DNA from: Zootoca vivipara
Taxonomy: Eukaryota
NCBI RefSeq assembly: GCF_963506605.1
Contig: NC_083281.1
Location: forward strand, 24,800,001 to 24,864,000
Direction of reading: 5' to 3'
Length of the DNA stretch: 64,000 nt
Shown here: piece after piece, positions 24,919 through 37,095 of the stretch
Position numbering within the stretch: position 1 is the stretch's first letter
Layout of the letters: each line of letters starts with the position of its first letter
Program-made: the position numbers and the translations under genes
The notes under the pieces: model-generated
What the model was told of the DNA's origin: nothing
Database searches by the model: none
Seen by the model: only the letters and a program-made list of their open reading frames with translations

Positions 24919-25864
24919 TCTGTAGGCTCTACTATCCTCAGACTGAACGAAGAAGCGAGACTCATGTTTTAAAGAATGCCATAACAAAAAGTTCAAAATG
25001 GCTGCAAGTCCTTAACTTTATGAATCTTGATCTTTTAACTATGTTTTAAATCAGGCATCCCCAAACTTCAGCCCTCCAGATGTTTTGGACTACAATTCCC
25101 ATCATCCCTGACCACTGGTCCTCCTAGCTAGGGATCATGGGAGTGGTAGGCCGAAACATCTGGAGGGCTGCAGTTTGGGGGTGCCTGTTTTAAAACAATT
25201 TCTAGCCCCTGTGGAAACATGTTGGTGCAGGCAACTCTCTCTGGCCATCTAACCCAGAATGTCTCACTTTGAGAGGTAACCCTCTTCCACAAAGCAATTG
25301 TCTTCTGCTGCATTAGTGTCAGCAAAGCATTTTCGAAGAAAAAGGGGGAGAGGAGAGCGGGCAGTGTGACAGTTTTGCTTTGTTCAGAGGGGAAATGTAA
25401 GCTCGATTTCTACAAAGCAGAAATCCAGTTTCTCATCTCAGATCCCCTTACGATGAAATTCGCCCCCCTACATATCAACACAGAAAATTCAGTGTTCAAG
25501 AATGAGTCTTCAGGCACATAGCAAATGCATTTCCTTTACTTGGTGGAACTTAATTGAACACTACAGAAAATAAGATAAATGAGGTTAATAACATAAACAC
25601 AGTATAATATGTTAGCAGTACAAATCTGAAATATTGTTAAGGCTGGGAAACCTTGACTAAACCTTAAGCAAATCATAATTGCCTGAATCAGCAAGGCTAG
25701 AATTGGGCAGGAAGCAAAATATTACATAGGCCAAATGAGAGAGCGAGACGCTCCAAGGAAGGGATATTTATTCCCAAATTCTCCTTTGAAGGAGGTAATT
25801 TCCCCCCCCTACGCTTTCTGAATTATTGAAGAAAAGCAAGACTGCATTCCACAAAATCTGCAAC

Positions 25865-25909
<45 letters not shown>

Positions 25910-26563
25910 TGAATTTATATACCGCCATATACCCAGAGGTCTCAGGGCAGTTCACAGAAAACTTCATGAAAGAAAAAAACTATATGCCCAAAACACCTAC
26001 ACTTCAACTTCTACATTAATTTCGATTATTGCCTACTATCATCTAATGAAATAATTATAGCAACATCTAATAAAACTACATCAAAATCAAACAATTCTCT
26101 TTTTTAAAGGCATACCTGGGTAGAAGTTACACAGAGAGGTTTCGATAGGATGTTACATCAATATGACAAATGTGTCTAGTTTACATCTGAGTATATTTTA
26201 AAAGTATCAGTTAAAAATAGCATTCATTGTGGACACGACATGTTTAATGAATCTCTAAGGGTGGGATGATTAAACCTGACCTATTCAATTCATAAGAGCA
26301 GTGGTGTACCTGTCTGGCACGCTTGTCTCCAAAGGACTTTAGAAAAATTGAAAGTTGCTTTTTATTTCTACTTTTAAAAGCTTGATTGTGTTGTATTGCG
26401 GTAAGGCAAATCAGTTGTAAGGCCTGTTCCATTGTCTCTAGAACTGGCCAAAATGGGTATGAAAAAGGGTGCCAAAGTAGGAACATTTGCCATCACAGCA
26501 GCAGCAGCAGTTCCCACTTCACCTTGAGTTGCCTCATGTCTTGTGCCTACCTGGGTGCTCTGC

Positions 26564-27814
26564 CTAGTGCTCTGGTTCTAGGGCTTTCTTTCGAACCCTT
26601 TCAGCATCCTCAGCTAGATTATTGACAAAGCTCAACAGCATCCAATAAGTGATAGCAAAAGACACCCCTGCTGCTACCAAGCTTCTAACTAGGGAAGGTG
26701 GGAATAATTCTTTTGCATAATTGGTTATTTTCTTTATAACGAGATCGATGGTAATTTCTTCCATCTGAGGAGACTTCATCACGGCCTTCAGTTCTTCAAC
26801 AGGCTTCCTGGCCAATCTGGCTAGCCTAGCTAAGGAGTCATCATCCAACTCAAATCTTTTGTAGAAGGCAACCATGGACCCAAGCAAGAGGGCAACATCA
26901 CAAGCCAGAGGAAGGTCTGGAATGGGAATAGCATTGATGCCAGCAGATGCCAGGGATATTTTCCATATGTGGCTCTTCAGCACAGATTTCTTCTTTTCCG
27001 TGACTTCAGGGGAAAACATGGGAAGGCTGAGCAGGAATGCAAGTCTCTTCAGACTGTGCAGATCTTTCTCCAACGTCTCCACCAGTTGGGGGAAGTCATA
27101 CTTGGCAAGGTCCCAGGAGGAGATCAGAAAGACTTGAGGGATGGTGTTCCTGAAGCACTTCTTAAGCTGCTTCTTTAAGTCATTCCTCATCTTCTCAAGG
27201 ACTTCCTCTTCATTGAAGGTATTTGGGTAAGACCTTTCCATGTTGTATACATCTGCATCTACTTTGGAGCGCACAAAATAACACTTCTTCTCCATCTCCT
27301 GGATTGCCTGAGCTAGGTCAGTGTGGTTGGATCGGAATCTCTCTGAGCCAACAATGATAAAGAAGTCATAGCTGGGGAAATCCACCATCTTAAGGTAACT
27401 CTCTGGGGAGAAATCTGGGGATCCAATTCCTGGCAGGTCCCAGAATTTCACTTTGGGATCTTTAGAATGCGTATAAACCTTTGGATTCAGTGTAGTTTCT
27501 GTCACTCCTACAGGGGCAGCACCATCATCTTCTGCCTTCTTGCCTCGGAGAGCATTGATGAGGGATGATTTCCCAGAGCCCGTCTCTCCAGTGATGGCAA
27601 TGTCAAGCTCAGTGTTTTCCATCTCCTCCATCTCCTCTTTTACCTCATAAGCTGCTTCCTGCATTCCACCATCACTGAAAACCTCCATAAACCTCTCATA
27701 TATCTTGATTGCTATATTGAAATATATCTTGGGGTCTACGTTCATGTCTGTATTTTTCAATATAGGCTGGATAATCTCAGGCAACAATGAAAGTTTTTCT
27801 ACATATGAATTCAT
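26564..27814 (-). CDS. Immunity-related GTPase (IRG family, IRGC-like), paralog 3
   Basis: 416 aa ORF with GETGSGKS, GVTETT, WDLPGIG, YDFFIIV..RF, RSKVD, FLISSW, YDFPQL. Acceptor ctttttcttctag (minus strand) ends at 27816, 1 nt before the ATG. Confidence 0.92.
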   Translation of the reverse strand: MNSYVEKLSLLPEIIQPILKNTDMNVDPKIYFNIAIKIYERFMEVFSDGGMQEAAYEVKEEMEEMENTELDIAITGETGSGKSSLINALRGKKAEDDGAAPVGVTETTLNPKVYTHSKDPKVKFWDLPGIGSPDFSPESYLKMVDFPSYDFFIIVGSERFRSNHTDLAQAIQEMEKKCYFVRSKVDADVYNMERSYPNTFNEEEVLEKMRNDLKKQLKKCFRNTIPQVFLISSWDLAKYDFPQLVETLEKDLHSLKRLAFLLSLPMFSPEVTEKKKSVLKSHIWKISLASAGINAIPIPDLPLACDVALLLGSMVAFYKRFELDDDSLARLARLARKPVEELKAVMKSPQMEEITIDLVIKKITNYAKELFPPSLVRSLVAAGVSFAITYWMLLSFVNNLAEDAERVRKKALEPEH

Positions 27815-28419
27815 CCTAGAAGAAAAAGGGAGAGCTCAGACAGGCTTTGTCAATACTATTGGCCCATCTAGCTGGGAAACTCAGTGGTGATTTACACTCA
27901 GCTCAAATATAAATATTCTCTGCTCAGCAAAAAAAAAAAAGTTTGAATTTTTGGGAATATTTTTAGTAAACAGGGAAGAGGGACAGAGAAAGATGAAGGG
28001 ACGGCAACTATGTGGCGTGAGAGCTTATCCCAAGAGCGTCTCTCTCCACTGTGTCAACCCAAAGGAAAGGAAAAGAGGCAGGCACCAAGAGGAGGAGGAG
28101 GAGGAGGGCAGCTTCCTAGCAGCTAAAGGAGGGATATGTCAAATTAACACGCAGCATCGTTTGAGAGGGAGACCCTGGTTGGTTTCACAGCAGTTACTTA
28201 AAGTTTTTATACTAGCACTAGCTCAATAGTGATGGCATGTTATTTATTCCCATTGTAGCAGGGAAGAAGGGCACCCTTCTCCAACATTAATAATAGTACA
28301 GTAATAATAAATAATTCTGGCCGCCCCACCCCACCCGCCTAGCAAGGAGCTCAGAGTCAATCAAGCTCAAAAAGAAACGGAAATCATCATAATCTCAAGA
28401 GAAAAGTTCAGCTCCTAAC

Positions 28420-28764
28420 CTGCTGCCAGCCCGATTTTTTACGGTAAACCTCAGTCCACTCCTCGGAGGATTCCTCTTCCAGGTTTCTTAACACTTTTCT
28501 CCTTCCAACTCTCTTCCTTTCTCTCTTCTTTTCCTTCTACCTCCTGTTCTTCGCACTACTAAAAGCAAAAACGAAAGCGAAGTCGAGAGCGAAGACGATG
28601 TAAGATTGCAGGAGAATTTGAAACTTTCCCTCCCCCTCCCATGAGACTGGGGGTAATCCCCTATTTCCCGATTGCAGCAAATAGCAAAAGCAGCATTCCT
28701 CGCTAGGGGGGAGCATGGAGCAGCTGCTTGATAGACGAGATTCTGCCTTTCATAGGAAGGTCCC
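28420..28764 (-). promoter_or_regulatory. Predicted promoter and non-coding exon 1 of IRG paralog 3
   Basis: Inverted homolog of the other promoters: GGGACCTTCC (28755-28764), GAAAGCGAAGT (28573-28583), donor CAG/GTTAGG at 28419. No TATA box retained. Confidence 0.55.
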
Positions 28765-28880
28765 AAAGGATCACTTGTGACACTTGGAGCGTCAGAGGTG
28801 GTTAGTCCTTCACCTCTGTTGTTGTTGCCTCTGTGGCAGTCTCAGCGGCACCCAAGTTGTCTGCAAGCCCACACAATCCA
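28750..28880 (-). pseudogene. Decayed IRG G-domain fragment upstream of paralog 3
   Basis: Minus strand reads CGLADNLGAAETATEATTTEVKD*..QVILWDL. Confidence 0.75.
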
Positions 28881-29985
28881 GATATTATTCCTTGACGGCT
28901 TCCTTCTTGTCGACTTTTGCATTGTTACATTGATAGGCTGCGAAAAGTGGAAGGGCTCTAAAGCTGTGGGGAATTGGGGCGTTAGAGGAAATAGTGGTTT
29001 ATTTTTTTGAAAAATTTTGATATTCTGCAGGGTGCCGAGCGGTTTTAGAGCCTGCACAAGAAGCTGCCTTTCCAGACCGGGCAGGCAGGCAGGACACCAA
29101 ACTCTCCCCAGAGTGTTCCTAGAAAAGCCATTGTCCCATCCACCATCCTCAGCCTGAGGAGGATATAATGCAAGTGATCATGACACTGCTACGCTCAAGG
29201 GTTTCTACAGCCATACGCAGAGAGGCTCGCCTTTCATTCCGCCAGCTTTCTGCAGCCTGGGGAGCTGAAGCTCTTCCGCACCCCCTTGCAGACCAGGCAG
29301 ACAGGAAGCAACTGGATCTGCAAAGTCAGTTGAGAAGCTGCTGCAGCAGGATCTTTTCCTATCCAGCCCACGGTGCCAGCAGTGGCAATTTTAATCTGAA
29401 CTTTTAGACACAGTGTATTGCGATCAGAGTTCAGAAACTGCTCGCGCTACTGGTAATAAAACTCCCTGTTGCAGAGAATGTGCCTATCACTATGGGACTT
29501 TCGAACTCTGAGATATGATAGCCAGATATCTAAAGGGCTGGCTGCCATATGGAGGGTGGTGCAAGCTTGCTTTCTCCTGCTCCAGAGGGTCGGACCTGAA
29601 CAAACAGCTTCCAGCTACAAGGAAAGAGATTCTGACTGAACACAAGGAAGATCTTTCTGACAGCGAGAGCTCTTTGACGGTGGAACGGAATCCCTCTGGA
29701 GTATTAGTATTAATCATAAAAATTTTAAAATGGGTGGAAGATGAATGCAGAAGAGGTCAATTCTAGATGCACAGGAATGGAAGCGACGAAATAAATCTGT
29801 TGGGTCAGTGGTGCTTTTATTTATCAGTTACATAATTTGTTTAAAGACTTTGTATCATATCATCATCATTTCTTCTGAGTTTTGATGCCGTGTGGGCCTC
29901 ACACTGCTTGCTTTTCCTTCCAATCAGGACCCAGCGCAGTCCAATAAATGATTTACAAGAAGGAGGACCTACAACAACCCCATTT

Positions 29986-30004
29986 AGCTTTCGTTTTCCC
30001 AGAA
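29986..30004 (+). promoter_or_regulatory. Overlapping ISRE-like plus GAS element between the divergent promoters of paralogs 3 and 4
   Basis: AGCTTTCGTTTTC overlapping TTCCCAGAA (TTCN3GAA). Homologous copies at 49439-49457, 60826-60844, 49049-49057 (GAS only) and a degenerate copy near 14775-14793. Confidence 0.55.
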
Positions 30005-30799
30005 AACAGCTGTTTGAGCAGAGTTGTGTGCTGGGCAGGGGAGCGGGAGAGGAAAACTTGTAAACAGGATGTAATTTCTGCTCCAAGGTCATAAAAACCC
30101 AAAACTACTTTCCTCTTTCAAGGTTATGCAGGATAAAGAGTTGCAAATAATCAGAAGCAGAGCATTTACTAAGAAATACGTGCCTGTACCAGTTTATTAA
30201 GCTTTTGTCGGAGATAAGCTCAAAGTACCTTGGTGATTTTAAACTGCATAGGGGTTTTCAGTCTCTGTTTGGGGTCTCCCATCAGAAGTATGTATGTCAT
30301 TCCAAGATCAAAACCTGTGATACATGGCCAACACTGATGATCTGCAGTGCACAGCTACAACAAGGCACAGCGTATCTGTGAGTTTATGAACATTCCCAGT
30401 TTATAGACCTTGACAGTGAAAACTGACAGGTCTGAGCAGCGCTCCATGTGAATCTATATAATATGACTTATGATGCTTTTTTGATGCAAATAACAGGAGA
30501 GGTCTATTCAGAGAGAGGGTTGAAATAACTTGACACACTTCAGATATGAGGCAGAACCTTGTCCTTGCATTCTTAGATTAATAAGTCTGTGCCAGTGCGC
30601 ATCTGGTGTGCTGCAGGTGCAGATCTGGTTGTGCAACCATCATCATGGGCATCGCATGCCCTGATCAGCCGAATTTCCCTCAGAACACTGCTCTGCTCTC
30701 CCAGCCTGCCTATGGATTTTATCCAACATTACTCCTGCTCAGAGCACACCAATGAATGCACCTTATTAACTAGGTTTTTTTTTAAAAAAAAATGTAGGA

Positions 30800-30995
30800 A
30801 ATTCCTATGTTTGTTGGCAAATACTCTATTCTACATTGCAGCAGTAGGATTCTGGGCTCTGATGCCACGCGGCTTAAGTGCAGACAATTCAGGTGCTGCC
30901 GAGACTGGCAAAGAGGCAACAAGAGCAGAGGTAAAGGATTGCCCACATGGGATGCTTCCACAGGTGATCTTTGGGGACTTCGCAGAAAAGGCAGC
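30800..30995 (+). pseudogene. Decayed IRG G-domain fragment upstream of paralog 4
   Basis: ORF track 30589..31113 contains YIAAVG..RGLSADNSGAAETGKEATRAEVKDCPHGMLPQVIFGDF. Confidence 0.8.
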
Positions 30996-31259
30996 ATCCC
31001 CGCAGGCAATCGGGCTGCTTGGAGCTCACTCTGGCCAGGAATGCGGCTTGGGCTATTTGTTGCGATCTTATCTTATCCTCGCTTGTTACCTTCGCTTTCT
31101 TTTTTGCTTTTAGTGGTATGACGATCAGGAGGGAGAGGGTATACAGTAAAAGGGAGACAGAGGGAGAGAGGAGCAGGACGGAGAAAAGCGCGAAAACCTC
31201 GAAGCAAAACCTCAGAGGAGAGGACTGAGCTTGACTGCAAAAAATCGGTCCGGCAGCAG
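30974..31259 (+). promoter_or_regulatory. Predicted promoter and non-coding exon 1 of IRG paralog 4
   Basis: ACCTTCGCTTTC 31088-31099, altered TATA (tatacagtaaaa), donor CAG/GTAAGG at 31260. Predicted intron runs to 45465. Confidence 0.6.
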
Positions 31260-31628
31260 GTAAGGAGTTGAACTTTTCCCATGATTTCCGGTTTTTTTGT
31301 TTTTGTTTTTTGAGCTTGTTTGCTTTAAAGGAGACTCTGAGCTCCTTGCTTGGGGGGTAGCAGAAACAATGTTGTTGTTGTTGTTTACCCTTTTATTGTT
31401 ATTTTTATTATATTAACCATTACATAATAGCTATTGTGATATTATTATTATTGTTGTTGTTATTTATTATTATTAACAATGATGTTGGAGAAGGCTGCCC
31501 TTCTTCCCCGCAGCAAAGGGAATAAATAACATGCCACCCCCAGGGAGCAAGCAGAGCTGGTGCTACTATTAGAGTCTTCCCCCCCCCCCACGAATTTAAT
31601 AAAAGACGTTTATTAGCATTGCAATGCA

Positions 31629-34279
31629 CAAGGGCGTAGCCAGGATCAAAACTGGGGGGGGGGGCAAGCCATGATCATTCAGGGGCGGGGCCACAAAGTG
31701 GGAACGTGGGCGGGGCTACAGGGCCAGCTGGCCTGACAACATCGTGGTGGCGGCAGCGGCGGCAGCGGCCACCTTGTGCTTCTGGGGCTGGCAACGGCGG
31801 TGGCTACCCTGCTTGGCTGGAGAGGACGGGAGGGTCGGGCAGGCGAGAGGGGGTGACAGGGCGGGCGAGGGCAAGGCAAGGCACGGCCGCAGTCACGACG
31901 GCTCCGAGGCATTGCTGCATATCAGCATAATATTTCAACCATGTTGTGGGTTCAAGCCCCACCTTAGGAAAAAATTCCTGCATTGCAGGGGGTTGGACTA
32001 GATGACCCTTGTGGTCCCTTCCGACTACAATTCTATGATTCTATTGATATATTGCCATAGCATATGCATCATGCTGCTTTCTTGAATTGTCCTACTCCTA
32101 GGCATAGCAGCCAACTCCTAGAGGCCTAGGTGCCTCCCCCCCCAATTACTAGTAAATACCGTATGTGAAAGAGTCATCCCCCCCATGTTGATGGGCTTTC
32201 TATGTGGGGCTTATCTGCTCCCCCCCCCCGTATTTTATTAAGAATGGAAGAGGGAGGGAAGGAAGGAAGAAATAGAGAGAGGGATAACTCATATTTGTGG
32301 GTGCCTCTGGGTGACGCTGTGATGCTGGAACTCTGCAGCAAGAGGACGGGAGGGTCGGGCAGGCGAGAGGGGTTGGCAGGGCGGGCGAGGGAAGGCACGG
32401 CCGCAGTCACGACAGCTCCGAGGCGTTGCTGCATATCAGCATAATATTTCAACCATGTTGTGGGTTCAAGCCCCACCTTGGGGGAAAAATCCTGCATTGC
32501 AGGGGGTTGGACTAGATGACCCTTGTGTTCCCTTCCGACTACAATTCTATGATTCCATTGATATATTACCATAGCATATGCATCATTCTGCTTTCTTGAA
32601 TTGTCCTACTCCTAGGCATAGCAGCCAACTCCTAGAGGCCTAGGTGCCTCCCCCCCCCCAATTACTGGTAAATACCGTATTTGAAAGAGTCACCCCCCCA
32701 TTTTGATGGGCTTTCTATGTGGGGCTTATCTGCCCCCCCCCAGTATTTTATTAAGGATGGAAGAGGGAGGGAAGGAAGGAATAATAGAGAGAGGGATACC
32801 TCATATTTGTGGGTGCCTCCGGGTGATGCTGTGAAGCTGGAACTCTGCAGCAAGAGGATGGGAGGGTCGGGCAGGGGAGAGGGGGTGGCAGGGCGGGCGA
32901 GGGCGAGGCAAGACAGGGCCGCAGTCTCGATGGCTCCGAGGCGTTGCTGCATATCAGCATAATATTTCAACCATGTTGTGGGTTCAAGCCCCACATTGGG
33001 GAAAAATTCCTGCATTGCAGGGGGTTGGACTAGATGACCCTTGTGGTCCCTTCCGACTACAATTCCATGATTCTATTGATATATTACCATAGCATATGCA
33101 TGATTCTGCTTTCTTGAATTGTCCTAGGCATAGCAGCCAACTCCTAGAGGCCTAGGTGCCTCCCCCCAAAAAAGAAATTACTGGTAAATACTGTATTTTA
33201 AAGAGTCATCCCCCCCCATGTTGATGGGCTTTCTATGTGGGGCTTATCTGCCCCCCCCCCAGTATTTTATTGAGGATGGAAGAGGGAGGAAAGGAAGGAA
33301 GAAATAGAGAGAGGGATAACTCACATTTGTGGGTACCTCTGGGTGACGCTGTGATGCTAGAACTCTGCAGCAAGAGGAAGATACCGGTACACCTGTACAG
33401 GAGCCTTGTAAGCAGCTTTCTCTCTGCTTGATTTACAGCAGGCACGTCCAACAGGTAGATTGTGATCTACCAGTAGATCACTGGATGTCTGTGGTAGATC
33501 ACTGCTAGATCACTGGCACCCCTAAAAAAGCTCACCCAAATTTTTCCTCCTCCCTAAAAAAAGCTGAACTATGACCTGAAGCCCTAAACAAAAATGGGCC
33601 TCCCTCCCTCCTAAAAGAAGCTCAACAAGTTTGACCTAAACCCCCCAAAACAGGGCTTCCCTTCCTTAAAAAAACTCAACAGCTTTGACCTGAACCCCCC
33701 AAAAGCGGGTAGATCACTCCCAGTTTTTAACTCTGTGAGTAGATCAGAGTCTCATGGGAGGTGGCCACCCCTGATTTACAGTATACAGATGCAGGAGGAG
33801 GGGCAGACTGGAACACCAATGCTTTTTATAAACATCACTGTGTCTATCAAAGCTACAGCCCCCCCTTCTTATTCACTTCCTTTTAGCCTTGCAGGGCCAC
33901 CTTAGTCAAATTGAATCCTCTGCACCCTCATTAAATCGCCAATAGAACTGTTAATGCGATCCCTGAATGCCCATTAACAACTCTCACTGAATTACAATAG
34001 GGTGAATAGGGTGGACCTTGCCTGAAGGGATATTCTGCTCCATTGTCTTAACTGCTTAAGTACTGGTAGCCACTTTGCTTTATTTATTTGATGTGTTTTT
34101 GTTACAGCTGTGTTCCCGCCCCCAGCAAGTGGAGAGCTGCTCTTGCTAAAGCAAAGCCCTTTCCACTTCAGTTTTTGGAGGGGCAAAGTATTGGTTATGG
34201 TCTGTAAAATACAATAATTTTTTGCTTCTAGGGGGGGGTTGCAGCTGCCCCCTCCTGCCCCCCCCTGTCTACACCCATG
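31629..34279. mobile_element. 2.65-kb non-autonomous hAT element with three ~520-bp tandem units and a nested MITE (33439..33773)
   Basis: CAAGGGCGTAG...CTACACCCATG, TSD GCAATGCA (31621-31628, 34280-34287), nested TSD ATTTACAG. Empty site near 2320 in paralog 1. Confidence 0.8.
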
Positions 34280-35137
34280 GCAATGCAGTTCATGATCCCA
34301 CCCTCTTTGTCAGAGCTGGGAACGGGGTGCAGAACAGAGGAATACGGCAACTTCTATTCTCCAAACAATGCCCTGAGTCTGAAGAGGCAGAGACCATCTG
34401 GGCTGCCTCTTAGTGCAGACGCAAATCATAAGAGTTCTAAGTAACTGCCCTGAATGGGGCTGGTCTCCCTTTTGCGTATTAATTCAATATACTGTATCCC
34501 TCTGCGGACCCCCCCCCCCCCAAGTTGATGGATATATTACTCCTGCAAGAAAGCAGGAACACCGCTGTGTCCCAGCACTTGCTAGCTGGTGTGTAAAAAT
34601 GGTATCTGTGTGCCACCTCTGATTAGAAAAACTGCATGGCAAGGGTTCAAGGCAGGGCAGGGCAGAAGATGCTAGAGCAGGGGTGTCAAACTCAAATTCA
34701 TCGGGGGCCGCATCAGCAGTTTGGTCACCCTCAAAGGGCCGGTTGTATCTGTAGGACTATGTGTCCACTCTTTATTATCATAAATTATTGTCACTGCATT
34801 CAATTATTACTGTTTTTTGTAATAATGTAAGTAATAACTAGCTCTGAAAGCAGAAACATAGACAGAATAATGGCAAGTAGATATTCAAATGTACAATTAT
34901 TGTACAATTTATTGAAAAATGATTTTTGGTAACTGCACTGGGTGGTGGAGGCTCGCTAGGGTTTCATGCAGGACCTTTGCAGAGCTACTAGTACCTGGAG
35001 ATGCTGGGGTCCTTCTGCATGCAGGACAGATGTTCTGCCAGTGAGCTACCACCCTTCACCAAAGGGACTGGCTGAGGTTGACTCACTGGAGCTGCTCTCC
35101 TGGTTCCAGGGTTTAAGGGCCAGAAGTATAAAGCAGC

Positions 35138-35289
35138 NNNNNNNNNNNNNNNNNNNNNNNNNNNNNNNNNNNNNNNNNNNNNNNNNNNNNNNNNNNNNNN
35201 NNNNNNNNNNNNNNNNNNNNNNNNNNNNNNNNNNNNNNNNNNNNNNNNNNNNNNNNNNNNNNNNNNNNNNNNNNNNNNNNNNNNNNNNN
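35138..35289. other. Assembly gap (152 N)
   Basis: Run of N next to purine-rich low-complexity sequence. Confidence 0.99.
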
Positions 35290-35398
35290 TAGGAAATAAG
35301 GAAGGGAATAAATAAGGAAAGAAAAAGAAAGAGGGAGAGAAGAGGGAAAGGGAGAAAGAAGGAAGGAAGTAGAGGGAAAGAAAGAATAAGAATGAGGT

Positions 35399-35617
35399 AA
35401 AATAAAAAAAATTCCTTCAGTAGCACCTTAAAGACCAACTAAGTTTTTATTTTGGTATGAGCTTTCGTGTGCATGCACACTTCTTCAGGTATCTGAAGAA
35501 GTGTGCATGCACACGAAAGCTCATACCAAAATAAAAACTTAGTTGGTCTTTAAGGTGCTACTGAAGGAATTTTTTTTATTTTACTTCGATCCAGACCAAC
35601 ACGGCTACCTACCTGTA
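35399..35617. mobile_element. Penelope-type terminal-repeat fragment forming a long inverted repeat
   Basis: Arms of about 90 bp, essentially perfect, centred near 35490. Single-arm copies at 59103-59234 and, split by Bov-B, at about 361-387 plus 843-895. Confidence 0.7.
35488..35527 (+). ncRNA. Minimal type I hammerhead ribozyme (Penelope-type)
   Basis: GGUAU-CUGAAGA-A-GUGUG(CAUG)CACAC-GAAA-GC-UC-AUACC, with stem I GGUAU/AUACC and palindromic AGCU in place of stem III. Confidence 0.6.
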
Positions 35618-36138
35618 ATAAGAATGAGGGAGAGGAAGAAAGATGGGAAGGACGGAAGGAAGAAAGGAAGGAAGGAAGGAAGGAAGAAAAGAGGGAGCAG
35701 GAGGGAGAGAGGAAGGAAAGAGGTGAGAGAAAGAAGAGTAGGAAAGAAGGAATAAAGAAGGAAAGAAAAAGAAAGAGGGAGAGAAGACAGAGATAAAGAA
35801 GGAAGGAAGGAGAGGGAAAGAAAGAATAAGAACGAGAGAGAGGAAGAAAGAAAGGGAAGGGGGGGGTCGCCGCCTTGATTCAGGGCCAGAAAAGAGCACG
35901 AAGGGACCCGACCCCCCCCCCGGCCCCAGCTGTTTGTCGGCGCTTTGTCGGCGCGGCGCTTCAGCAGCAAGGTCCCGCTGCTGGGTCCCGCTGGCTGGGG
36001 CGCTCGGCGGGCAACATGACGAGGTCTGGCGGGCCGGATTTGGCCCCCGGGCCTTGTGTTTGACACCCATGTGCTAGAGGTTCTCTTGGTTCAGGATAGC
36101 TGCTGCCTGAGGAGCCTGGATAGCTCAGTGGGTTAGAC

Positions 36139-36274
36139 CAGTGTTTCCCAACCTTGTGCCTCCAGCTGTTTTCGGACTACAATTCCCATCATTCCTGACC
36201 ACTGGTCTTGCTAGCTAGGGATGATGGGAGTTGTAGTCCCAAAACATCTGGAGGCACAAGGTTGGGAAACACTG
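36139..36274. mobile_element. URR1-like hAT MITE
   Basis: Palindromic gactacaattcccatc...gatgggagttgtagtc, TSD GGTTAGAC. Related copies at about 25052-25187 and 56118-56257. Confidence 0.75.
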
Positions 36275-36938
36275 GGTTAGACCATGGTGCTGATAACGCC
36301 AAGGTTGCAGGTCCCTGTATGGATCAGCTACATATTCCTGCATTGCAGGGGGTTGGAATGGCTGACCCTCAGGGTCCCTTCCAACGCTAGATTTCTATGA
36401 TTCTACAACTTTCCCAAGTCACCCTCCCCAGGCTTTCCATATCCTTCCATGACTGTGGTAAAGGTAAAGGTAAAGGCACCCCTGACCATTTGGTCCAGTC
36501 GCCACAACAGAGTTTAATAAATGGCATTTATTAGCATTGCAATGCAGTTCATGACCCCACCCCCTTTGTCAGAGGGTGGAACAGGGTGCAGAACAGAGGA
36601 ATACAGCAACTTCTATTCTGCAAACAATGCCCTGAGTGCTGAAGAAGCAGAGACCATCTGGGCTGCCTCTTAGGGCAGACGCCGGGCATATCAGTTTTAA
36701 GTAACTGCCCTGAAGCCAATGCAGCCGGCCTCCCTTTCCCGTATTATTTCCCTTTCACAGAGCCACCCCCCAGTCCCTGCAAGAAAGCAGCAGGAACACG
36801 GCTGTGCCCCAGCACGTGCTGTTGTGTAAAAATGGTATGTGTGCGCCACTTCTGATTAGAGAAACTGCATGGAAAAGGGTCTAGTCAGAGCAAAAGATGC
36901 TGGAGGTTCTCTCGGTTCTGGGTAGGTGTTGCCTGATG

Positions 36939-37095
36939 AGCCTGGATAGCTCAGTTGGTTAAACCGTGGTGCTGATAACACCAAGGTTGCAGGTTTGATC
37001 CCTGTATGGACCAGCTGCATATTCCTGCATTGCAGGGGGTTGGGCTGGATGACCCTCAGGGTCCCTTCCAACTCTACATATCCTTGATTCTATGA
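36939..37095 (+). mobile_element. tRNA-derived SINE with CR1-like tail
   Basis: tagctcagttggtt..gtggtgctgataacaccaaggttgcaggtttgatccc then cctgcattgcagggggttgg..gatgaccc..ttccaactct. Duplicate copy at about 36112-36405. Confidence 0.7.

Larger units (their letters stand above)
34678..36071. mobile_element. hAT-type element spanning the assembly gap
   Basis: CAGGGGTGTCAAAC...GTTTGACACCCATG, TSD TGCTAGAG (34670-34677, 36072-36079). Confidence 0.75.

Noticed and set aside
23973-25049. 200-250 aa Pro/Gly/Arg-rich ORFs
   Set aside because: They lie inside nested MITEs with TIRs and TSDs; stop-poor GC repeats.
31820-33380. CRISPR-like or other prokaryotic array
   Set aside because: Vertebrate DNA; the units are whole ~520-bp tandem copies with no unique spacers.
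36939-37012. tRNA-Ile(GAT)-like sequence
   Set aside because: Acceptor stem is not closed, the B box is mutated, and it runs into a CR1-like tail, so it is a SINE head.
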